In this document: positions 45,889 to 54,141 of the stretch, one piece after another | Layout of the letters: every line of letters starts with the position of its first letter | Numbering within the stretch: position 1 is the first letter of the stretch | Origin: Clostridia bacterium | Lineage (GTDB): Bacteria > Bacillota > Clostridia > UBA1212 | Length of the DNA: 64,000 nucleotides | Assembly (NCBI GenBank): GCA_017444825.1 | Contig: JAFSVU010000015.1 | Location: forward strand, 413-64,412 | Direction: 5' to 3' | Notes under the pieces: generated by a model | Database searches by the model: none | What the model was told of the DNA's origin: nothing | Seen by the model: the letters and a program-made list of their open reading frames with translations, nothing else | Position numbers and translations under genes: made by a program

Positions 45889-46833
45889 TCAGTTCGCGTC
45901 CTCCGGAGTCTTCTCCGTCTCCACTCTTATGGTCGTTCCGTCGCTGTAGAAAACAACTGTTCCGTGGATGTCATTGCGGTAGACCTCAGCCCCGGTGTTC
46001 TCAAGCCTTTTTATAGTCGATTTGTCGGGGTAACCGAGCTTGTTCTCCGTTCCCACCTGAACACAGATGTAGCTGGGAGCGACCGCCTCCAGGAATTTCT
46101 TTATGTTTCCCGCCGAACTTGCGTGGTGGTCCGCCTTGAACACGTCAGCCTTCAGGTCTACGCCTTCAGCTTTCAGAAGCTGGGACTCAACGGGCTGCTG
46201 GGAATCGCCCAGGAGCAGGAATGTCTTTTCGCCGTAAGTGAACTTAATCCCGATGGAGTTGTTGTTAAGGTTCGATTTGTCTTCTTTAAGAGGAGTCATG
46301 ATCCGGAAGGAACCGCCGCCAAGGGTATACACCGCCCCAAGCTCCGGATTCACAGGCTGAATGCCTTTCTCTTCAATGATCGCCAACAGGTTCTTGTAGG
46401 GCTCCTCGGTGCAGAGCTGCTCCACGTTTATGAACATGGTCTCGAAGGGGAAGGCCTCGATTATCTCAGGCATGCCGCCCACGTGGTCTGCGTGTCCGTG
46501 GGTAACCATCAGGTATTTCAACTTTTCGACGCCTTTACTCTTAACGTAATTGACCATTGTCTCGCCGCGGCCTACATTGCCGGAATCTATGATCATGGCC
46601 TCGCCGTCACAAATGATAAGCATGCCGTCGCCGGTCCCGATATCGATGAAGTGGAGCTCAAAGCCCTTCGGCTCAGGTGTGGGCTCGGGAGTGGGCTCTT
46701 CCGTGGGCTCAGCTGTGACCGGTTCCTCCGTGGGTTCCGTTTTTCCCGGTTCGTTTGAAACGCAGCCCGCCGCAAACGCGAGGAACATCAAAACAGCCGT
46801 TATCAGTGTTGCGATCCTGAGATATTTTTTCAT
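45889..46833 (-). CDS. MBL-fold metallo-hydrolase lipoprotein (ComEC C-terminal-like)
   Basis: GGAGG ribosome-binding site. Lipobox AFAAGC. PT linker. HGHADHVGG. Confidence 0.65.
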   Translation of the reverse strand: MKKYLRIATLITAVLMFLAFAAGCVSNEPGKTEPTEEPVTAEPTEEPTPEPTPEPKGFELHFIDIGTGDGMLIICDGEAMIIDSGNVGRGETMVNYVKSKGVEKLKYLMVTHGHADHVGGMPEIIEAFPFETMFINVEQLCTEEPYKNLLAIIEEKGIQPVNPELGAVYTLGGGSFRIMTPLKEDKSNLNNNSIGIKFTYGEKTFLLLGDSQQPVESQLLKAEGVDLKADVFKADHHASSAGNIKKFLEAVAPSYICVQVGTENKLGYPDKSTIKRLENTGAEVYRNDIHGTVVFYSDGTTIRVETEKTPEDAN

Positions 46834-46993
46834 TTCATAACCTCCGCCCGGACATTCCCCCGGGTCTTTTGTTGAAATCACGTGCCCCCATTATACACTC
46901 TTCTCTAAAATGAGTCAAAAGTATCCCTTGCCGCTTCTCCGTATTTTGTGCTATCATTCACTGTACTATAAAGAGGCGAACGGACACTTGCCA

Positions 46994-49420
46994 ATGACTC
47001 CCGAAGAAATTCTTAACCAAATGACTCCGGAGGAAAAAGTCCTCCTGGTTACGGGCACGAAGTTTATGTACACAAACTCCCTGCCCCGTCTTTCTGTGCC
47101 CTCCCTCCGTTTTTCCGACGGCCCCCACGGCCTCAGGGTCCAGAAAAGACCCGATCAGCCGGAAAACGGCGTGGCGGGAGACCTGCCCGCCACTGCATTC
47201 CCCACGGCGGTGACAGTGGCGTCCTCCTGGGATCCGGAAAACGCCCGCCTTGTGGGCGACGCCATCGCAAAGGAAGCCCTTTACTACGGCATCAACGTGG
47301 TCCTGGGTCCCGGCGCCAACATAAAGAGGAACCCCCGCTGCGGCAGGAATTTCGAGTATTTTTCCGAGGACCCGCTACTTTCGGGAAAAATGGCGGCTGC
47401 GGAGATACGGGGTCTGGAAGAAAATAACGTTGGCGCGTGCGTTAAGCATTTTGCCATGAACAATGCCGAAAATTTCCGGTTTATAGGCGATTCCATCGTG
47501 GATAAGCGGGCTGCCCGGGAGATATATCTCAAGTCTTTTGAAATTGCCGTGAAGGAGGGCAGGCCCCGCACGGTCATGAGCGCATATAACAAAGTCGACG
47601 GCCGGTTCTGTGCGGAAAACAGCTGGCTTCTTCGTGACGTTCTCAGAAAAGAGTGGGGCTTTGACGGCATCGTGATGACCGACTGGGGCGGAATCTCCGA
47701 CAAGGTGGAGGCGATAAAAGCCGGCAACGACATCGATATGCCGGGTGATGCGGTCATATGCCGCAGGCACCTTTACGACGCGGTGAAAAACGGAGCTCTC
47801 AGCGAGGATATCCTCGACGGGGCTGTCCTCAGGATACTTAAGACCATCGGTTCATTTGAAAACACTGTCCCCGCGGAGGATCCATGCTTCAAGGACCACA
47901 ACGCCCTTGCGGCGGATATTGCCGCGGACTCTGCGGTGCTTCTTAAAAACAGCGGCGCCCTGCCCCTTGAAAAAGGAAAGCCTTTGATGGTGGTGGGGGA
48001 CCTTTTCAGGAACATGCGCTACCAGGGCTCCGGAAGCTCCATGATAACGCCCGCCTTTCTCGTCACACCGGAGGATGCGTTTAAGGCAAAGGGCATTGGT
48101 TATGACTTTGCGCCGGGGTATAACGAGTACGAGGAAAACCCGAACGAGGACGACATCGCCTTTGCGCTTAAGAAAGCGGAGCCTTACGAGAGGGTGCTGG
48201 TCTTTGCAGGGCTCACAGACTACGTTGAAGGTGAGGCGGGAGACCGGGAGCATCTTCTCCTGCCGGAAAACCAATTGGCGATGATCGCGGCACTTATCAA
48301 TGCGGGGAAAAAGATAGACCTTGTGCTTTTCTGCGGCTCACCGGTGGAGCTTCCATTCATCGAAAGCATCGACTCCCTTCTACTGATGTACCTTCCGGGG
48401 CAAAGCGGCGGTGAAGCGGTGTGCAGGCTGCTCTTTGGCGATGTGTCACCCTGCGGGCGTCTTGCGGAGACTTGGCCGCTAAGCTATGAAGACGTCCCCT
48501 ATGCATTCGATTATTCCAGCTCAGGTATCGAGGTTTACAAGGAAAGCATATTCGTGGGCTACAGGTACTATTCCACCTTCGGAAAAAAGACCCTGTTCCC
48601 ATTCGGCTACGGCCTCTCCTACTCGAAGTTCAGGTATGATAACATTGGTTTGTCCGAAAAAGAAGGCAAATTGTGCGTGTCCTGCGAGGTGAGCAACATT
48701 GGCGATTGCGGCGCAAAAGAAGTGGTGGAAATTTACGTCTCCGGGCCCTCCTCAGACGTTTTCAAGCCCCTTCGGGAACTCAAAGCATTCGCCAAGGTGT
48801 TTATCGCCCCGGGGGAGACCGTGACTGTCGCAAAGGAGATCCCCCTTGATGATCTCAAATTTTTTGACCCTGCGGAGGACCGCTTCGTACTTGAGGGCGG
48901 CACATACAGGGTGGAGATCTGCCAGGACTCCGAGACCCCTCTACTTTCGGCGCCCATCGACATAAAAGGGGAGACTTACAGGTCCCCCTACAACGAAAAA
49001 GCCCACGAAGTGTACGGCCGAGGCATCTTCCGGCACGTCTCCGATGAGCTTTATGAAGAAATATTCGGCATCAAGCTGCCCGAGCCCCCGCCGACCCTGC
49101 CTCTTACCATCGAGAGCAGGCTGTGCGATTTCAGGAAAACGTTTTTCGGGCGTATGATCGTCCGGTGCGCCATGATCTACTTGAACGGAGAGATCAAAAA
49201 GGCCCGCAGAACGAAGGATCCGGCGGAACGGAGCAGCAGGCTCAAGGGCGCCCTTTTCATCCGCATGATGTTTGAAACAAATTCTCTCCGCTCCCTCTCC
49301 ATGTCCTCATCGGGGAAGCTCCCGCTTAACGCGGCGGAGGGCATTGTCCATATCGCCAACGGCCACATATTTAAAGGCCTTCGCGAAATATTCAGAAAGA
49401 TCAAAGACCCGTCCCGGTGA
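46994..49420 (+). CDS. glycoside hydrolase family 3 (beta-glucosidase-like), cytoplasmic
   Basis: VLGPGANIKRNPRCGRNFEYFSEDPLL, KHFAMNNAE, VMTDWGG. Confidence 0.75.
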   Translation: MTPEEILNQMTPEEKVLLVTGTKFMYTNSLPRLSVPSLRFSDGPHGLRVQKRPDQPENGVAGDLPATAFPTAVTVASSWDPENARLVGDAIAKEALYYGINVVLGPGANIKRNPRCGRNFEYFSEDPLLSGKMAAAEIRGLEENNVGACVKHFAMNNAENFRFIGDSIVDKRAAREIYLKSFEIAVKEGRPRTVMSAYNKVDGRFCAENSWLLRDVLRKEWGFDGIVMTDWGGISDKVEAIKAGNDIDMPGDAVICRRHLYDAVKNGALSEDILDGAVLRILKTIGSFENTVPAEDPCFKDHNALAADIAADSAVLLKNSGALPLEKGKPLMVVGDLFRNMRYQGSGSSMITPAFLVTPEDAFKAKGIGYDFAPGYNEYEENPNEDDIAFALKKAEPYERVLVFAGLTDYVEGEAGDREHLLLPENQLAMIAALINAGKKIDLVLFCGSPVELPFIESIDSLLLMYLPGQSGGEAVCRLLFGDVSPCGRLAETWPLSYEDVPYAFDYSSSGIEVYKESIFVGYRYYSTFGKKTLFPFGYGLSYSKFRYDNIGLSEKEGKLCVSCEVSNIGDCGAKEVVEIYVSGPSSDVFKPLRELKAFAKVFIAPGETVTVAKEIPLDDLKFFDPAEDRFVLEGGTYRVEICQDSETPLLSAPIDIKGETYRSPYNEKAHEVYGRGIFRHVSDELYEEIFGIKLPEPPPTLPLTIESRLCDFRKTFFGRMIVRCAMIYLNGEIKKARRTKDPAERSSRLKGALFIRMMFETNSLRSLSMSSSGKLPLNAAEGIVHIANGHIFKGLREIFRKIKDPSR

Positions 49421-49622
49421 TTTTTACCTTCTTAACACGCCAATGGCGGTCCACCTGATTTTATCACTTTGGCGACGGTTTTGTAACCCTGGAATCTGCA
49501 ACTTACCACCGTTTTTCTACCACTTACCTTCGCGGGATTGACAATCCCCTGCGAGTCTTTTACAATCATCCTGCAGGCAGCCGAAAACCTGCCCCGCAAA
49601 CTGATAACGGAGGTGCAAAAAA

Positions 49623-50120
49623 GTGGAAGACGCGACCGGAAACGGAACGACAAAGAGAATAAAGATCGAAGTCGATCCCGAAGGGCCCGAGGAAGTGATC
49701 ATCCGCTGCAAAAAGCTTACCCCCGACATTCTTAAACTGCAGGAACTGCTTGAGACAGGGACCGCCGAAAGGACCGTTCGTAAACTGGCGCTTAACATTG
49801 GCGATGAAGAGCATCTCATCGAGCTTCGCAAAATACTGTTCTTTGAGAGCACCGGCGGGAGCATCGCGGCCCACACCGACAAGAGGATCTACTACTCCGA
49901 TCTGAAGCTCTACGAGCTGGAGGAGATCCTGCCGAAAAGCTTTATGCGTGTCTCAAAAACGTGCATCCTTAACCTGGAAGCCGTAAGCTGGCTCAAAAGG
50001 GAATTGACGGGCCTCTGCCGCGTGGGCTTTGGCGTGTCACCGAAACAGGTCTACATCTCAAGAATGTACTACAAACCGTTCCGCGAAAAACTTGAAGAAA
50101 TGAGGATGATCCTAAAATGA
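49623..50120 (+). CDS. LytTR-family DNA-binding protein (stand-alone)
   Basis: GTG start with GGAGG ribosome-binding site. FMRVSKTCILNL LytTR motif. Confidence 0.6.
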   Translation: MEDATGNGTTKRIKIEVDPEGPEEVIIRCKKLTPDILKLQELLETGTAERTVRKLALNIGDEEHLIELRKILFFESTGGSIAAHTDKRIYYSDLKLYELEEILPKSFMRVSKTCILNLEAVSWLKRELTGLCRVGFGVSPKQVYISRMYYKPFREKLEEMRMILK

Positions 50121-50863
50121 AAAAGAACAGTGCAATAATCTTTGGAATACTTGTTTTGATCGCAGGCGTAGGCCTTCTGTTATACGCATTCATGCCGGGC
50201 CTGGCGGTGTTCACCATACCGCTCTGGAAATGGTTCCTGGCTGCCGCCATTGTCTATTGGCTCGTCAAAAAGATCATATTCAGCAAAACTCTCGCAAACC
50301 GCCTCAGCGTTTTTATCCCCCTGGGCCTCGCCTTCATACTCTTTGAATCTGAGATCGGCAATGCCATTGGCAAGGGTCCCGATTTCGTGAACAACTGGTA
50401 TATTATCCTGGCGGCTGCGCTCCTTGACGGCGCTGTCTGGCTCATTTTCCGGCCAAAAATGAAGAAATTCTTTTCGGGAAGCGACTGCGGCGGCAGCAAG
50501 ACCATAACCTACGGCACCGGGGACTCAAACGGCGATCCTGTAAAGTTTAAGCTGGGCGAACACGTCTACTACATCGACGCATCGGCACAAACCAATGCCG
50601 ACCTCATCAACCAGCTGGGCGAGCTGAACGTTTACTATCAAAACACCGACACCGGCGACACGGAGACACCGCTCCACCTGAACCTTGTAAACCAGATGGG
50701 CGAAACGAGAGTACACATTCCCCGCAGCTGGCACGTAGACCTCAGCACAGACGTGTCAATGGGTGAAGTGCATTGCCGTCAGGAAGCCGAAGTCACCACG
50801 CGCACCATATACGTTCGGGTGAAAAACACCATGGGCGAGGTCAGCATTGTTTCGGACGACTAA
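50117..50863 (+). CDS. membrane protein partner of the LytTR regulator (LRS-type inhibitor candidate)
   Basis: Translationally coupled (ATGA overlap). 3-4 N-terminal TM helices plus a beta-rich C-terminus. Confidence 0.5.
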   Translation: MKKNSAIIFGILVLIAGVGLLLYAFMPGLAVFTIPLWKWFLAAAIVYWLVKKIIFSKTLANRLSVFIPLGLAFILFESEIGNAIGKGPDFVNNWYIILAAALLDGAVWLIFRPKMKKFFSGSDCGGSKTITYGTGDSNGDPVKFKLGEHVYYIDASAQTNADLINQLGELNVYYQNTDTGDTETPLHLNLVNQMGETRVHIPRSWHVDLSTDVSMGEVHCRQEAEVTTRTIYVRVKNTMGEVSIVSDD

Positions 50864-50911
50864 ATTTGTGAAGCAGCAGCGCGCCTGCCATGAAGCCAAC
50901 GAAAATGAAAG

Positions 50912-51050
50912 TTCACGTGAACACCGTCACCGGGTAAAGCTTGGGCTCTTTCGTAGGTTTGGGCGACTCGCTCTGATCGCAGGCCGCAAAAATGAAAATG
51001 CACGCCAATATCGCCAATACAGCCATCATCTTGATTATAGTTTTCTTCAT
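50912..51050 (-). CDS. small lipoprotein (45 aa), below the length cutoff of the six-frame ORF track
   Basis: Translates as MKKTIIKMMAVLAILACIFIFAAC|DQSESPKPTKEPKLYPVTVFT. GGAG ribosome-binding site 9 nt upstream. At the edge of the low-GC islet. Confidence 0.3.
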
Positions 51051-51275
51051 GTAGGGCCATCTCCAATTCATGGTATTTAGACTTTTCAGTGACTACAGAT
51101 AGATAAAATAAGGGGAGAATTGTCAAGTGTTTTTGCGGCAGGCAGGTTTGGCCCGAGGTGTGAGTTTGTTTGGTGCCAGTTTGGCACCTTATTGCAGTAT
51201 TTCTCGTGCCATTTTGGCATTAAAGCAGTTGATTTTATGGTGCCAAAACTGTACAATATTGGCGAGGTGATAAAA

Positions 51276-51746
51276 ATGTCTGTACGACAGCTACGCGAAT
51301 CAAAAGGATTGACGCAGATTCAATGCGCTGAATACCTGCAGATCCCCATCCGGACATACAGGCGATATGAATCCGACGAGAACAAGATCAACCGGATCAA
51401 ATATCAGTACATTATCGATCGACTTAATGCATACGGCCTGATTGATGAAACACACGGAAAGCTGACGATTGACCGGATCAAGGAAGTCTGCAGCCAAATT
51501 TTTCCTTCATATTCAGTGGAGTATTGTTTCCTGTTCGGTTCCTACGCCAAGGGGACAGCGACGGAGACCAGCGACGTTGACCTGCTTGTTTCCGTACCGG
51601 TCAACGGGCTGAAGTTTTTTGAATTGATAGAGCTGCTTCGTGAAAACCTGAAGAAAAAAGTGGATCTTCTGGATGTGGCACAGCTAAACAACAATCCAAC
51701 GCTGGTGCAGGAAATACTAAGAGATGGGGTCAAAATATATGGATAG
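51276..51746 (+). CDS. mnt: MNT-type nucleotidyltransferase antitoxin with N-terminal XRE helix-turn-helix
   Basis: GGCGAGGTG ribosome-binding site. HTH LRESKGLTQIQCAEYLQIPIRTYRRYE. Nucleotidyltransferase motif LFGSYAKGTATETSDVDLLV. Confidence 0.7.
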   Translation: MSVRQLRESKGLTQIQCAEYLQIPIRTYRRYESDENKINRIKYQYIIDRLNAYGLIDETHGKLTIDRIKEVCSQIFPSYSVEYCFLFGSYAKGTATETSDVDLLVSVPVNGLKFFELIELLRENLKKKVDLLDVAQLNNNPTLVQEILRDGVKIYG

Positions 51747-52077
51747 CGCAAAGAATGATGAATACTATGTTGAAAAGATAAAATCCGACTTGAAGTTTGT
51801 GATCGATCACACTGCCGGAAAATCGAGAGAAAAAATCGAATCCGACGAGCTACTCGTTGATTCTATCATGTTCCGTATTATTCAAATTTCAGAGAATAAC
51901 GGAAACCTCACAGAGGATTTCAAAGCCGCACACACCAATGTCCCTTGGATTGCCATCAAGGGCATGCGCAACAAAATCGTACACAATTACGGTCATGTTG
52001 ACTTTGCCATTGTATACGACACAGTTATTCGCGGAATACCTGAGATGCTAAAACAACTAGAAACACTGTCTGATTGA
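51739..52077 (+). CDS. hepT: HepT (DUF86) RNase toxin
   Basis: 8-bp overlap with mnt. Rx4HxY motif MRNKIVHNY. Confidence 0.7.
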   Translation: MDSAKNDEYYVEKIKSDLKFVIDHTAGKSREKIESDELLVDSIMFRIIQISENNGNLTEDFKAAHTNVPWIAIKGMRNKIVHNYGHVDFAIVYDTVIRGIPEMLKQLETLSD

Positions 52078-52111
52078 GTGAAACCCTGTGTGTAAGGGAT
52101 GGCCGTTCCGG

Positions 52112-52936
52112 TCATTTTGCAACTACATAGAATTTAATATATAACATAATCAAAACAAGAAACACATTGCTCAAAACAACTATAATCGGGGTAAGCAGCA
52201 TTGGCTTGACCTTTTTAGCGCTGGCCTTTTGATTCCTTCTAAAACCGTCAAGTCTAAACAATACCGAGGAAAACAGCGCCGAATTCGCAACAATCAGTAT
52301 ACATATGTATCCCAAAATCGACCACTTATCTTCAGGAACGATCAGCAAATAATAAATCAATGCCATAGCGGGAACAGAAAAATAGACACCCCATTTTGCT
52401 ATGAATTTATTATACTTTGCATTCCTGTCATTGCGTTTTCTGGTTTTTTCATCTTCGTTATTCCAATTGGAACTTGCTTCATCCTCAACGCCGTTTAAAT
52501 AATTGTTGAATACCGAACCGCTCAGAAGTTCATTTACAGCGTCCTCAAAATACGTCCGTCTGTATGGATAAAACGATTGGACGTGTCCCAACTGCATGTG
52601 CAGACCATCGTCTAGTTTCGCTTTTTCGTTCAAAAAAACAACTATGCATCTTTTATTTTTACTCTGTGCAAAAGTAACCTCTCCCTTGCTGAGGCTTGAC
52701 TCAACAAAATCTTTTGAAATGAAAAAAATAACGAGTGCGCTGTTCTTCAGTCGTTCAGCCTTAACCGCCACTGTTTCAGACGTCGGCTCACCTTCAGTCT
52801 CGTCGAACCAATTATTGATCAGGCGCTCATTCATGGCTTGAGCGTATTTTCTTATCACATCTATATCTTTTGAATTAAAGCTCAGATAAACATATCTCTC
52901 GGCACTTAACGCTTCCGCCTGTTCGTTTTCCATCAT
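52112..52936 (-). CDS. TIR-like domain protein fused to 3 C-terminal transmembrane helices
   Basis: GGAGGAG ribosome-binding site. N-terminus YVYLSFNSKDIDVIRKYAQAM ... ALVIFFISKDFVESSLSKGE has TIR-like spacing. C-terminal hydrophobic helices WGVYFSVPAMALIYYLLIV, WSILGYICILIVANSALFSSVLF, LLTPIIVVLSNVFLVLIMLYIKF. Confidence 0.5.
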   Translation of the reverse strand: MMENEQAEALSAERYVYLSFNSKDIDVIRKYAQAMNERLINNWFDETEGEPTSETVAVKAERLKNSALVIFFISKDFVESSLSKGEVTFAQSKNKRCIVVFLNEKAKLDDGLHMQLGHVQSFYPYRRTYFEDAVNELLSGSVFNNYLNGVEDEASSNWNNEDEKTRKRNDRNAKYNKFIAKWGVYFSVPAMALIYYLLIVPEDKWSILGYICILIVANSALFSSVLFRLDGFRRNQKASAKKVKPMLLTPIIVVLSNVFLVLIMLYIKFYVVAK

Positions 52937-52968
52937 ACTCCTCCGTGGTCCATCCTGTTCTTTCAGCC

Positions 52969-53748
52969 TTATACTGCAAGCTTGATCATAAAAAGAATTC
53001 CCGTTATTAAAGCTATCGCTATAGTCATAATGATAAGCGCAGCCATAATTGATTTTGTCAAGGTATACCCTTTTTTCGTTCTTCTCAGGAATCTATCAGT
53101 GTAATAAAATATGCCTGCGCCAAGCAGCGGGTATCCGGGTATTGCCAAAATCCAATAGAGAGGCCCCCAGTCACCTCTGAAAATCCTGAAATACTCGGCA
53201 GCTAAGATCGGAACTAAGCTCGGTACAATTCCAAACCTCATTAAGTACTTTAAAAATTTTGGTTTTATGGTCAGATCCTGTGTGGTGTCTGCGTAATCAA
53301 AACTGCCGTCAGTACAGTCACTGAGCGCCTCGATCTTGCAAATACGTTCTACAATGTGATCCGGGTCGCTGTCCTGCCACGCTAGGATAGTGTTTTCCTC
53401 TCTTTGATCAAGTTCAATATCATCCGGAATGACTACATCCTCTTCAAGAAATACATTGACCGTCTCCACTCCGTAACCAATGCTCTCCACAACCTCGCGC
53501 TTGCAGTTGTGAGATTTTACATACTCTTTTGTGATGAAGAATATCGCCGCAGCGCACCTTTTTATGTGCACTCCAATTCTGGCAGGCCATTCGGTTCCAA
53601 CCTCGATCCCTGCATCGAACCAGATCCTGAATCCCTTTTCCTGCAGCTTCGAAAGTATCTGCAACACAATATCCGTGTCCCGGTGACTGTAACTGATAAA
53701 CACGAACGGTTCGTTGCCTCTATAAACACTGATATTCTGCCCTGCCAT
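52969..53748 (-). CDS. TIR-domain protein fused to 2-3 C-terminal transmembrane helices
   Basis: GGAAG ribosome-binding site. Canonical bacterial TIR start PFVFISYSHRDTDIV..., W.D, AAIFFITKEYVKSHNCKREVVES (a Glu at the position of the catalytic Glu of TIR NADases). TM helices LYWILAIPGYPLLGAGIFYY and IMAALIIMTIAIALITGILFMIKLAV. Confidence 0.65.
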   Translation of the reverse strand: MAGQNISVYRGNEPFVFISYSHRDTDIVLQILSKLQEKGFRIWFDAGIEVGTEWPARIGVHIKRCAAAIFFITKEYVKSHNCKREVVESIGYGVETVNVFLEEDVVIPDDIELDQREENTILAWQDSDPDHIVERICKIEALSDCTDGSFDYADTTQDLTIKPKFLKYLMRFGIVPSLVPILAAEYFRIFRGDWGPLYWILAIPGYPLLGAGIFYYTDRFLRRTKKGYTLTKSIMAALIIMTIAIALITGILFMIKLAV

Positions 53749-54141
53749 TTTAAAGCTTCCTTTGATCCATGCTAACCGGTATCACCGCTATTATTGTAAT
53801 GCGAAACACTCACTCTTTCCGCTTTTTTTCAGCAATAAACGTAATGAATACAACTCCGGCGCAAAGCACCGCCAGAGCCTGCCACAGCAGAACACCTGCT
53901 CTGTCCCCGGTGGGCGGGTTAGAGGCACGGACAGTGAGGGTGACTATGTTGCTTGAGTGAAGTATAGCATATGCCGGAGCGGCTGACAACATTGGCTTTT
54001 TTATTTATTTAACGTAGATGGAAAACCGTTTGGTAATGTGATATAATATTCCCCGATCAATAAAGAATGAACAACTGCGGGATGATGCACTGCTCGCGTG
54101 TGAATGCGGGATGCGTCACTTTAACTTGAGGAGGCTTGAGG

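Larger units (their letters stand above)
50900..54100. other. low-GC defence islet (MNT/HepT + two TIR-TM genes)
   Basis: Abrupt drop in GC content relative to the flanks. The cargo is entirely defence-type. Confidence 0.6.
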
